From Candidatus Nealsonbacteria bacterium (GTDB lineage Bacteria; Patescibacteriota; Minisyncoccia; Minisyncoccales; MHMH01), in contig JACOYH010000003.1 of assembly GCA_016181965.1 (NCBI GenBank), forward strand, positions 65,013 through 129,012: DNA of 64,000 bases. Direction: 5' to 3'. Of the stretch, positions 49,860 to 58,986 are shown in pieces (position 1 is the first letter of the stretch; every line of letters starts with the position of its first letter). Made by a program: the position numbers and the translations under genes. Below the pieces are notes generated by a model. The model was given only the letters and a program-made list of their open reading frames with translations, was not told the DNA's origin and did not search any database.

Positions 49860-51308
49860 ATGACTTACGAGCCCGTTATCGGCCTTGAAATACACGCTGA
49901 ACTGAAGACCAGGAGTAAAATGTTTTGCTCTTCGGCCAACGATCCAAATGAGCGGCATCCCAATGTTAATATTTGCCCTGTTTGCATGGGGCATCCGGGA
50001 ACTTTACCGGTTACCAATGGAGATGCAGTGGGAAAAGTGATCAAGACCGGACTTGCCCTCAATTGTCAAATTCGGGAAAGCTCAAAATTTGACAGAAAGA
50101 ACTATTTTTATCCCGACCTGCCCAAGGGCTATCAAATTTCTCAATACGATATGCCCCTTTGCGGTGAGGGGTTTCTTGAAGTTGGGGGCAAGAAAATAAG
50201 GATTACGCGGGTACACTTAGAAGAAGATACGGGCCGGCTGCTTCACCCCGAAGGCGCCGATTATACCTTAGTGGATTTTAATAGGGCGGGAGTGCCCTTA
50301 ATGGAGCTCGTCACAGAGCCCGATATATCATCGGGCGAAGAGGCGTGGAAATTTGCCCGAGAGCTGCAGCTGATTTTGAGATACCTCGGTGTTTCAGATG
50401 CCGATATGGAAAAGGGGCAAATGAGGGTTGAGGCAAATATCTCTATGTCAAAAAACTCAAAACTTGGCACTAAAGTTGAAATTAAGAACTTAAATTCTTT
50501 CAGGGCCGTTGAGAAGGGCATCGCTTATGAAATTGACAGACAGGAAAAAATTCTGAAAGCAGGTAAAAAAGTCATTCAGGAAACGAGAGGGTGGAATGAA
50601 GCCAAGGGAGAGACATTTTCCCAAAGGGCCAAAGAGGAGGCCCATGATTATAGGTATTTTCCCGAGCCCGACTTGCCTCCGCTTCGTCTGGATAACGAGA
50701 GGATAAGAGAAATTTTATCTGAAATTCCAGAAATTCCCTCGGTCCGGCGCAATCGCTTCAAAAGCGAATACCAAATTGGCGATCGGGAAATCGAGATATT
50801 TGTTTTCAATAAGGATTTAGGGGAGTATTTTGAAGAAGTAATGTCTGAACTTAAAGGATGGGATAAAGTAAGCCAAGGCGAATTTTTTGAGCTGGCTAAG
50901 ATATGCGCCAATTATCTGATTAGCGATCTGCGGGGCTTATTGAAGGGGTTGCCTTTTTCCCAAGACGATTTGCAGATTACGCCCGAAAATTTCGCGGAAT
51001 TGATGACCATGATCCACCGGGGGCAGGTCTCAAGCAAGATGGCAAAGCAGGTTTTAACTGAAATGTTTGCCTCGGGCGGCGATCCCTCGCAGATTATTGA
51101 AGAGAGGGGGCTGGTTCAAATTACCGACGAAACGGCAATAGAAAAAATAGTGAAAGAGGTCATTGCGCAAAATCCAAATCCGGTAGCTGATTTCAAAAAA
51201 GGCAAAGAAAATGCTTTGCAATTTCTTATGGGGCAGATAATGCAGAAAACGCAAGGCAGGGCAAATCCAGACGCTGTTCGCAAAGTTCTCAATCAAGAAA
51301 TGCTTTGA
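49860..51308 (+). CDS. gatB: Asp/Glu-tRNA amidotransferase subunit B
   Basis: YEPVIGLEIHAEL...CPVCMGHPGTLP...NRAGVPLMELVTEPD...LMGQIMQKTQGRANP. Confidence 0.95.
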   Translation: MTYEPVIGLEIHAELKTRSKMFCSSANDPNERHPNVNICPVCMGHPGTLPVTNGDAVGKVIKTGLALNCQIRESSKFDRKNYFYPDLPKGYQISQYDMPLCGEGFLEVGGKKIRITRVHLEEDTGRLLHPEGADYTLVDFNRAGVPLMELVTEPDISSGEEAWKFARELQLILRYLGVSDADMEKGQMRVEANISMSKNSKLGTKVEIKNLNSFRAVEKGIAYEIDRQEKILKAGKKVIQETRGWNEAKGETFSQRAKEEAHDYRYFPEPDLPPLRLDNERIREILSEIPEIPSVRRNRFKSEYQIGDREIEIFVFNKDLGEYFEEVMSELKGWDKVSQGEFFELAKICANYLISDLRGLLKGLPFSQDDLQITPENFAELMTMIHRGQVSSKMAKQVLTEMFASGGDPSQIIEERGLVQITDETAIEKIVKEVIAQNPNPVADFKKGKENALQFLMGQIMQKTQGRANPDAVRKVLNQEML

Positions 51309-51333
51309 TTGGCTTCATAGCCATCGATGCAAG

Positions 51334-52106
51334 ATGTTAGACATCCGATGTCTAACATTAGACTAACATTAAAATATTTATTCTAGGAGAAGGTTTTCTG
51401 TTATTTCTACGAGTGATTTTTTTGGTTTAGTTTTAGCAGTGCTTGTTTTAACAAATTCATCATAAGCATTGGCATTGGGGAATTGATCGAGAATAATGTT
51501 TGGTCTTAAAAGTTTGTCCCAGCGATTTTTTACAACAAGATCTTGATAGCTCGACCAGAAATATTTTAGTTCCTTATTTTCCCATTCTTTTATTTCTCGT
51601 GGATTGCGATGGATGTACGCAGAAAGATAAAGAAGCTGTTCGTCGGTTTCCACTGGAATAGCGCGGAAAGCGCCCTGGAAAAGATGCCCCCGTTTTTTAT
51701 ATTTTGTATTGAAATATTTCGCGTATCCATTTTGGAGACGTTGGAGATAAAGAGAGATGCCCTTGTTAGTTTTTTCCTGCACGAGAAGATGAAAATGGTT
51801 GGGCATTATCGTAAAGATGTTGAGCTCTACCCTTCTCATTGCTATTACTTTTTTGAGTGCATCTGTAGAGAGGTTAAACATTGAATGCTTAACAAAATAA
51901 GAGATTTGGCGGCTAATATTATAGAAGGGAATGGATGCTTGGTAAAAAAGGATAAAAAATAGGAATCGAGCATAATCCCTCTCGTCGAGAAATATGGGGC
52001 GCTCGTCATTACTCCTATTACAAATATGATAATACGAATCTTGAATGAATTTAGTTTTCCTTCGCATTACCTTAATATATCATGTTAGACATCGGATGTC
52101 TAACAT
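51334..52106 (-). mobile_element. REP - RAYT - REP unit
   Basis: The Y1/HUH transposase-like ORF is bracketed by ATGTTAGACATCCGATGTCTAACAT (51334-51358) and its inverted form ATGTTAGACATCGGATGTCTAACAT (52082-52106). Confidence 0.7.
51378..52067 (-). CDS. REP-associated tyrosine transposase (IS200-like Y1 HUH family)
   Basis: 229 aa with MPNHFHLLVQ (HUH), GHLFQGAF and LSAYIHRNP (Tyr motif). Confidence 0.75.
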   Translation of the reverse strand: MRRKTKFIQDSYYHICNRSNDERPIFLDERDYARFLFFILFYQASIPFYNISRQISYFVKHSMFNLSTDALKKVIAMRRVELNIFTIMPNHFHLLVQEKTNKGISLYLQRLQNGYAKYFNTKYKKRGHLFQGAFRAIPVETDEQLLYLSAYIHRNPREIKEWENKELKYFWSSYQDLVVKNRWDKLLRPNIILDQFPNANAYDEFVKTSTAKTKPKKSLVEITENLLLE

Positions 52107-52109
52107 ATT

Positions 52110-53003
52110 TTAAAGATATAAAAAATCATTTAGCAAGGTTTCTGCTTCTTTGTAGCTTTCAACCCAACGGATGCGCTTGTCTCGTTTAAACCATGTCATT
52201 TGGCGCTTGGCAAAATGTTCTATGGCTCTTTGAAGCTTTTCTTTCATCTCTTCGTAATTGAGGCATCCCTGCAGATATTCGGCAATATATCTGTATTCCA
52301 AACCGAAACTCTCTAGACGCTTCCACGACAAGTGGGATTTTTTTAGTCGCTTCACTTCAGCAACCATGCCTTGCCGAAGCCGTTTGTTCAGCCGCTTGTA
52401 AATTGCATCTTTTAATTCTGTGGTAGTTTTTCTGATGCCAATAATAAGTATGGGGTAGGGAAGCGGTTTTTGTTTCAGAGAGGGAACCGGCTTTTTAGTT
52501 TTTATGATAATCTCCAGCGCCCTGATTAGCCGCCGCCTATTTTTTGTTTCAATATTTTCAGCTCTCCTCGGGTCAAGTTTTTCAAGTCGTTTGAGCAATT
52601 GTTCGGTGTTTAGCCGCTCAAGTTTCTGCCGTAGCCGCCAATCGGGCTTTACTTTCGGTATAACAATGCCGTCGATCAGAGCGTATATATAAAAGGCGGT
52701 TCCGCCGCATATAATGGGCACTTTGCCCTTTTTGAAAATCCTATCGAGTTCTCTTTGGGCCAGATTTCTGTACTGAACGACCGTGAATTTTCTTTTTGGC
52801 GAGGCAACATCTAAAAGATAGTGGGGAATGCCTCGCATTTCTTTTTTGTTTATTTTACCGGTTCCAATATCCATGCCCCTATATACCTGCCTCGAATCGG
52901 CCGATATGATTTCGCCATTGAATTGCTCAGCGATTTGCACCGCCAAGTCCGACTTGCCGGAAGATGTTGGCCCCAAAATAACAATAATTTTCTTATTGGC
53001 CAT
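52110..53003 (-). CDS. miaA: tRNA dimethylallyltransferase
   Basis: IVILGPTSSGKSDLAVQIA...ISADSRQVYRGMDIGTGK...PHYLLD. Confidence 0.9.
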   Translation of the reverse strand: MANKKIIVILGPTSSGKSDLAVQIAEQFNGEIISADSRQVYRGMDIGTGKINKKEMRGIPHYLLDVASPKRKFTVVQYRNLAQRELDRIFKKGKVPIICGGTAFYIYALIDGIVIPKVKPDWRLRQKLERLNTEQLLKRLEKLDPRRAENIETKNRRRLIRALEIIIKTKKPVPSLKQKPLPYPILIIGIRKTTTELKDAIYKRLNKRLRQGMVAEVKRLKKSHLSWKRLESFGLEYRYIAEYLQGCLNYEEMKEKLQRAIEHFAKRQMTWFKRDKRIRWVESYKEAETLLNDFLYL

Positions 53004-53988
53004 TTTTGATAATGCCGTTTAAAATTTGCTCGCGGCGCTTTTTCTCCAGCCGCGGAACATCATCTTTTAGATTAGCTGCGGCTGTTCCGGGACGGGGAGA
53101 GTATTTAGCAACGTAGGCGATATTAAATTTTATTTTTCTGAAAAGTTTCGCCGTGTTGTTGAATCGACGCCTTGTTTCCCCGGGGAATCCCACGATAACA
53201 TCTGTCGAAAGATTGATGTCGGGAATATTTTTTCTTATTTTTTTGACTAATGCCTCGTATTGTTTGACCGTATAGTTGCGGCCCATCCTTTTCAAAATTT
53301 CATCATCGCCCGACTGCGCTGGCAGATTGAGCCGTTTGCTGAATTTTTGGCATTTTGCCAGGGCAACAATCAATTCATCAGAAAAGTTTTTGGGATGCGG
53401 GGAAGTGAAAAAAAATCTGAAATCACCGGGAATGGCGTTAATCATTGCCACTAATTTGGCGAAATTGACCGCCCCCGATTGGTAATCGTTGACATTCTGA
53501 CCCAGCAGCCAAATTTCCCTGGCTCCGGCTTTAACTGCTCTCTTAGCTGTTTTAAGAATCGCCCTGTGGTCGTGGCACACTAAATTTCCGCGTGTAAAAG
53601 GCACTACGCAGTAAGTGCAAAAATTATTGCAGCCATTGGAAATAGTAATATTGGATAGAGAATTATTTTTACCTCCGGACTTTACATAAAGACCCGGCTG
53701 CACATCGTCGAATATTTCCCGCAGTTTTTTCTGGTCTTTTTTAAGCACACAGCCGGTAAGGATGGTTTTTAATTTACGATTTTTTATTTTTAATTCCTCA
53801 AATTTATGGAATAAGCCGTGAACCCGGTCAACAGCCGACTGCCTGACCGAACACATATTTACCAAAATCAAATCAGCCGCTTTGATATCTTTTGTCGGCT
53901 TGTATCCTTTTTTCTCCAGCATGGCAGCCGCTCTGCCAGAATCCGCCTTGTTCATCTGGCAGCCGTAAGTGATAATGTGGTACTTCAT
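52993..53988 (-). CDS. miaB: MiaB-type radical-SAM methylthiotransferase without TRAM domain (331 aa)
   Basis: ITYGCQMNKADS (N-terminal cluster domain), GCNNFCTYCVVP (CxxxCxxC) and VAKYSPRPGT. The ORF ends right after the radical-SAM core. Confidence 0.8.
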   Translation of the reverse strand: MKYHIITYGCQMNKADSGRAAAMLEKKGYKPTKDIKAADLILVNMCSVRQSAVDRVHGLFHKFEELKIKNRKLKTILTGCVLKKDQKKLREIFDDVQPGLYVKSGGKNNSLSNITISNGCNNFCTYCVVPFTRGNLVCHDHRAILKTAKRAVKAGAREIWLLGQNVNDYQSGAVNFAKLVAMINAIPGDFRFFFTSPHPKNFSDELIVALAKCQKFSKRLNLPAQSGDDEILKRMGRNYTVKQYEALVKKIRKNIPDINLSTDVIVGFPGETRRRFNNTAKLFRKIKFNIAYVAKYSPRPGTAAANLKDDVPRLEKKRREQILNGIIKNGQ

Positions 53989-54047
53989 ATTTCAAATAAT
54001 TTTACAACATAAAAACGGCATTTTCAAGCCGTTTTTATGGGGCAATT

Positions 54048-55232
54048 CTATTGCTGGGTTTTCAATTGGTCTTGCAGCTGCTTGATCATTTGCTGGGTCG
54101 TTTCCATTTGCTTCCTAATAACCCCGGCTTCATCATTGCTCTCTGTTTCTATCGGCTCTTTTACGTTATCTTCTCCCTTAATGAGGCATGGGCGACCATG
54201 AGCCACTTCCGTTCCGGCTGACTTGGCGAAACATTTATTGCTGTATGTTTTACCGTCGTTTCCGCAAACCGGCGCCCATTCCATGGTACACACCGTTTCG
54301 CGTTCGGTAGATTTTTGTCGTTCAATCACATTGACCCTTTCCTTAACCTTGTCGACTGATTCCATGATTTTTTGCTGAATGGCCGGTCTGTCTTTCAGGC
54401 GGTCTTTTAAATTTTCCAGAATTTCTTCATGCCTTTCTTTTTCGCCGCTGATTGATTCGGTGTAGACCTTGAATTTCTCCAGTCCTTCCTCGGGGAGCTG
54501 TTCAAGTTTTATCTCAAGGCGCCTTAATGTGTTTTCTCTTGCCCGTTGAATTGCTTCTCTGGCTTGTTCGGGGACTTTTTCTTCCAAACGCTTGAGCACT
54601 TCCAGATTTTTGAATTCCTTAAAATCGCTACCCTTCACTTCATCCAGATTTTTTTCCAGTCGTTCCTGAAGTTGCTCTTTATTTTCTTCCAGCCGGTTCA
54701 TAACCTCGCCGAATTTTTCCAAATGCCGCTCGCGGGCTTCCTTTATTTTTTCGAATGCTTCGGGGGGAACCTGCTCTTCAAGTTTTTGCAGCAATCGCTG
54801 ATGCAATGTTTGCTGTTGGATATATTTGTCTAAAAAGCCGGAAACTCTTTCGTTTGTTTCCGCTTTTTCTTTGATGTTTTCGGTGACTGTTCCCACTGCC
54901 TCTATTTCTTTCTTATAATTCTCCACTGCTTTATTAACGACTTCTTCGGCCTTGTTTTGCTCAACCATTTTCTTAACCTCTATTAGCTTTTCATTCGCAA
55001 AACGTTGCTTTAATTCGGCCTTGGCAAGAGGATCAAAAGTAAAGAACTCCTGGATTCCCCGTCCCCATCCTTTGACAAAATAAAATGGGCTGTCGGGCAA
55101 CAGCGCGGGTTCTTGGACCTCAAGGTCTTGCGCCAGCACTTCTTCATCAATCGTCGCTTCTTCTTGGGCCATAACAGCGTTGGCTGAAATTAACAAGGTG
55201 AGGGAAAATAAGATTAAAGTTATTTTTTTCAT
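54048..55232 (-). CDS. Secreted coiled-coil protein with C-terminal Kazal-type domain
   Basis: Signal peptide, a PDSPFYFVKGWGRGIQEFFTF segment (DUF5667-like), long E/K-rich repeats, then CTMEWAPVCGNDGKTYSNKCFAKSAGTEVAHGRPC. Confidence 0.65.
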   Translation of the reverse strand: MKKITLILFSLTLLISANAVMAQEEATIDEEVLAQDLEVQEPALLPDSPFYFVKGWGRGIQEFFTFDPLAKAELKQRFANEKLIEVKKMVEQNKAEEVVNKAVENYKKEIEAVGTVTENIKEKAETNERVSGFLDKYIQQQTLHQRLLQKLEEQVPPEAFEKIKEARERHLEKFGEVMNRLEENKEQLQERLEKNLDEVKGSDFKEFKNLEVLKRLEEKVPEQAREAIQRARENTLRRLEIKLEQLPEEGLEKFKVYTESISGEKERHEEILENLKDRLKDRPAIQQKIMESVDKVKERVNVIERQKSTERETVCTMEWAPVCGNDGKTYSNKCFAKSAGTEVAHGRPCLIKGEDNVKEPIETESNDEAGVIRKQMETTQQMIKQLQDQLKTQQ

Positions 55233-55291
55233 ATTTATTTTTTTGGTTTCTTAGTTCGACCTTTACCTCGACGCCGCACTTGGTGTCGGGT

Positions 55292-56866
55292 TTAGCGTAT
55301 TTTTTCCTTTTTTTCCTTTAAGAATATTCGCCACTGCTCTAAAAATTCCACAAATATCTGAAAAGGCATATCCAGCAGAGAATTGAACAGCACTGTTAGC
55401 ACATTGTATCGTGCCCATTGGCCGGAAAGCCACCTGCCTACCTGAATAATTGGCAGAGAGAACAAGTCGAATAAGCTTTGCAAAAAACTTTCTTTTTCTT
55501 TCTCAACCACCAGTTCGTTGGCTCTCTTCCTTATTTTTACGCCTGCAAACGAAATTAAGGAAATAAAGACAATAAAAATTATAATAGAAATAAAGCTGAA
55601 TTGCAATCGCCCTAACCCCCAAATAATTAAGCCAAAAGTCGCGGCCGAACTTAGTAAATAAAGAAGGCCAATAACGATATTCGAAACGACGCCTCCCTTG
55701 GCCGCGGGCTTTACTTCATAAATATCTTTTCTTTCTTTTGCGTAGACAATATTCATCACCTCCAGCACCACCAAGTCCTCGTTTTTACTGGAAGGCGGCT
55801 TGATGCTTAATGCCAAGAAAAACATCAGCAAGGGAGGCAGAAATATGTTTACACTAAGAGCCAGATCGTTGAGCGCGTTAAGATATTTATCAATTGGCAC
55901 CTCGATCGCCAAGGCCAGCGTAATTTTGCTTATGAAAATAGATATGGTGCTGTAAGTTGCGGCGCGGCGCATCCTGGTCTTCACTTTTTGTAAACGCAGC
56001 CGATAGGCCTCCCGCATTTTACTTTCAAGCGTCGCGGGATTACTGAAAAGCGTTTGGTTGTCTGTCGGACTTTCAGCGAGAATGTCGTCGAGAATCAGGT
56101 AGGCCGTGTCTTTTCGTTCGCATATTTCATAGAATTTTTCAGACAAGGCGTGATTTAGATTCTCCTCGATTTTGTCTTTAAGAAAAAAAATATTGTTCGT
56201 TACTTCTTGAATTTGATTTTCTGGCAGATTTAGCCATTGCCGATACCATTGTTTCAGGAGGTTGTAGCTGATGCAGGGGTTGTCTAATTTGAAAAGAGCT
56301 TTTTGGACGGCAATGTATATTTGGGTTTCGATTTCCGGCTGCGGTATTTTGGCCGTGATTATTTCTTTCATTTGTTCAAACATGAATTCCATCATATATT
56401 CCTGCTTGAGCGGCGGGTAAAGTATTTCGTCTATTTCGCAGGCAGCAATGCCGAGCAGCCAATCGGAAAGATTTATTTTTGTCTTTTCGTCGGCATGCGC
56501 GGCATTTTCTATTATAAAGGCATACTTATTGATTGATTTTTGAACGAGCAGCACTTTTTCTTCGGGGATGGAGTCGTTGGCAAAATGTCCGGCGCGTATT
56601 AGTTCATGCACTAATGGCTTGGCGATTTCCTCATCAACTTTTTTCAAAAAGAATCTTCGCTTGAGCATCCGCTCTACGGCCGTTTTTTTCAGGAGGTGTT
56701 CTTCTCTCCAGTCCATAACGCCCCTTATTTTTTCATAAAAAGCCGCGACCCGGCTGGCGACTTCGTCAACATGAATTACCGGAATCCCTTCCTTTCTTTG
56801 AAGCGATTGATGCCATATCTGATAATTTTGCAAAAGACGTTGGGTGGATTGCAACAGTTCAGGCAT
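55292..56866 (-). CDS. Hypothetical membrane protein
   Basis: 524-aa ORF with a soluble N-terminal half and 4-5 C-terminal TM helices. I recognise no family. Confidence 0.6.
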   Translation of the reverse strand: MPELLQSTQRLLQNYQIWHQSLQRKEGIPVIHVDEVASRVAAFYEKIRGVMDWREEHLLKKTAVERMLKRRFFLKKVDEEIAKPLVHELIRAGHFANDSIPEEKVLLVQKSINKYAFIIENAAHADEKTKINLSDWLLGIAACEIDEILYPPLKQEYMMEFMFEQMKEIITAKIPQPEIETQIYIAVQKALFKLDNPCISYNLLKQWYRQWLNLPENQIQEVTNNIFFLKDKIEENLNHALSEKFYEICERKDTAYLILDDILAESPTDNQTLFSNPATLESKMREAYRLRLQKVKTRMRRAATYSTISIFISKITLALAIEVPIDKYLNALNDLALSVNIFLPPLLMFFLALSIKPPSSKNEDLVVLEVMNIVYAKERKDIYEVKPAAKGGVVSNIVIGLLYLLSSAATFGLIIWGLGRLQFSFISIIIFIVFISLISFAGVKIRKRANELVVEKEKESFLQSLFDLFSLPIIQVGRWLSGQWARYNVLTVLFNSLLDMPFQIFVEFLEQWRIFLKEKKEKIR

Positions 56867-56869
56867 GGA

Positions 56870-58597
56870 TTATTTTTTACTTGCCAATTCTTTGGCGGCC
56901 TTTTCTTTGAAAACAGATAATGCAATAGAGCCCGTATCGCCTTTGCCCCTTTCCCTTACCGCGACCGATTGGCTTTGAATTTCTTTGTCTCCGACTATTA
57001 AAAGATAGGGGATTTTCTGCAATTCGCCCTCCCTTATTTTCTTGCCCACGGTCTCATTTTCATCTTTGACGACCACTCTGAACGAACTCAATTCCCGTTG
57101 AATTTTTCGGGCATATTCTGTATGAGCGGCCCCAATGGGAACAATCCATACTTGCTCCGGAGAAAGCCACAAGGGCAGGGCTCCCGCGTAGTGTTCCAAA
57201 AGGAAGGCCATTGTTCTCTCGATTGCCCCAATTGAAGAGCGATGAATGATAACGGGCTCTTTGTCTTTGCCGTCTTTATCCGCGTAGTTAAGGTTGAAGC
57301 GTTTAGACATAACAAAATCATACTGAATAGTGAAGGCCGTGTCTTCTTTGCCCGCGAAATTTTTCATCTGAAAGTCAATTTTTGGCCCATAGAAAGCCGC
57401 CTCTCTTTTTGCCTCAAAGAAAGGTGATTTCATTTGAACTAAGGCCTTTCGCAGGACGTTTTCCGCAAAAGACCAAGCCGCATCGTTTTTGTAGTATTTT
57501 TTGGCGTCTTTTCTGTCTCCCAGAGAGAGACGATAACGATAGTTGACGCCCATTTCAAGACCCAATGTCTTAGCGACATATTCAATTAAGCCCAAAACAT
57601 TATTAATTTCATCTAACGCCTGATCTTTCTGGCAAATGATGTGAGCATCGGCAAGGCAAAAAGACCTGACCCTGATAAGTCCAGTTAGTTCGCCGGATTT
57701 TTCATATCTAAATTGCTTTGCCAGTTCGGCGATGCGGATGGGCAGGTCTTTATACGAGTGCGGCTGTGAGGCGTAAAGCTGGAAATGGTGGGGACAGGTC
57801 ATGGGCCTCAAAATTAACTCTTCTTCATCCACCATCATGACCGGATACATTGAGTCCTTGTAGTAGGGATAATGGCCGGATTTTTTATACAACTCAACCT
57901 TGGCAAGTTCGGGAGTATAAACGTGTTGATAACCCCTCTTAATTTCTTCGTCTACGACAAAGCGCTCCAGCTCCCTTCTAATAATCGAGCCCTTTGCGGT
58001 GAATAGGGGAAGGCCCTTGCCAACGAGGTCGGAAAATACAAAAAGACCCAGCTTTTTTCCCAGGATACGATGGTCTCTTTTTTCCGCTTCTTCCTGCATT
58101 TTTAGGTAGTTCTCCAGCTCGTCTTTGGAGCCGAAAGCTACGCCGTAGACGCGAGTCAGCATTTTGTTTTTCTCGTTGCCTTTCCAGTAGGCGCCGGCGA
58201 TCTTGGTGAGTTTGAAAGCGTCAGCGAGTATGTCTTTGGCAGATTTAACATGCGGCCCGGCGCAGAGGTCAACGAATTTTCCCGATTCGTAAACAGTCGG
58301 TTCTTTTAATTCTTTAAGCAGTTCTAATTTATATGGCTGATTTTTGAAGAGTTTTTTAGCTTGGGCTTTGGTAACAGCTTTTTTCTTAAAACCAATATTT
58401 TGCCCCAAAATGTCCCTCATCTTTTTTTCTATCTTGGTCAGATCTTGTTGCGAAAAGGGCGTCTTCAAATCAAAGTCGTAATAAAAGCCGTTTTCAATGG
58501 CCGGACCCATGCCCAACTTGGCTCCGGGATAAAGCTCGGAAACCGCGTAGGCCAGAACATGCGCCAAGGAATGGCGAACTGTTTCAATTTTCATCAA
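56870..58597 (-). CDS. thrS: Threonyl-tRNA synthetase lacking the N-terminal TGS domain (575 aa)
   Basis: It starts at the editing-domain motif VRHSLAHVLAYAV. Class II core (RVRSFCLADAHIIC, HRSSIGAIER). Confidence 0.95.
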   Translation of the reverse strand: MMKIETVRHSLAHVLAYAVSELYPGAKLGMGPAIENGFYYDFDLKTPFSQQDLTKIEKKMRDILGQNIGFKKKAVTKAQAKKLFKNQPYKLELLKELKEPTVYESGKFVDLCAGPHVKSAKDILADAFKLTKIAGAYWKGNEKNKMLTRVYGVAFGSKDELENYLKMQEEAEKRDHRILGKKLGLFVFSDLVGKGLPLFTAKGSIIRRELERFVVDEEIKRGYQHVYTPELAKVELYKKSGHYPYYKDSMYPVMMVDEEELILRPMTCPHHFQLYASQPHSYKDLPIRIAELAKQFRYEKSGELTGLIRVRSFCLADAHIICQKDQALDEINNVLGLIEYVAKTLGLEMGVNYRYRLSLGDRKDAKKYYKNDAAWSFAENVLRKALVQMKSPFFEAKREAAFYGPKIDFQMKNFAGKEDTAFTIQYDFVMSKRFNLNYADKDGKDKEPVIIHRSSIGAIERTMAFLLEHYAGALPLWLSPEQVWIVPIGAAHTEYARKIQRELSSFRVVVKDENETVGKKIREGELQKIPYLLIVGDKEIQSQSVAVRERGKGDTGSIALSVFKEKAAKELASKK

Positions 58598-58693
58598 TTT
58601 TCATTGTACTAAAAAAACAACAAAATGCCAAGCCGCTGGCCGGGCAGGGCATTTGCATTTCAGCGGGGTTTCTGCTAAATTATAAAAAACAAT

Positions 58694-58981
58694 ATGGGAG
58701 TTCCAAAACAGCGACATACTAAGTCAAGACGAGATAAAAGGCGAATGCATCTCTATTTGGAAGAGCCGACTTTGGCCGTTTGCAAGAAATGCGGCAAACC
58801 GGTTTTGCCCCATACCGCCTGCCAAAACTGCGGCTATTACAAAGGAGCCGAGGTGATTGATGTAATGAAGAAGCTGACCAAGAAAGAGCAAAAGCAGAAG
58901 GCGAAAGAGATGCAAGAGAGGGGAGAAGCCGGCGGTGGGGGTAAGGGCCAGATTAGTTTGGAAGAATTATCCAAAAAGTAA
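58694..58981 (+). CDS. rpmF: 50S ribosomal protein L32 with C-terminal extension
   Basis: MGVPKQRHTKSRRDKRR...CKKCGKPVLPHTACQNCGYY. There are ~35 extra Lys/Glu-rich residues. Confidence 0.85.
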   Translation: MGVPKQRHTKSRRDKRRMHLYLEEPTLAVCKKCGKPVLPHTACQNCGYYKGAEVIDVMKKLTKKEQKQKAKEMQERGEAGGGGKGQISLEELSKK

Positions 58982-58986
58982 ATTAA

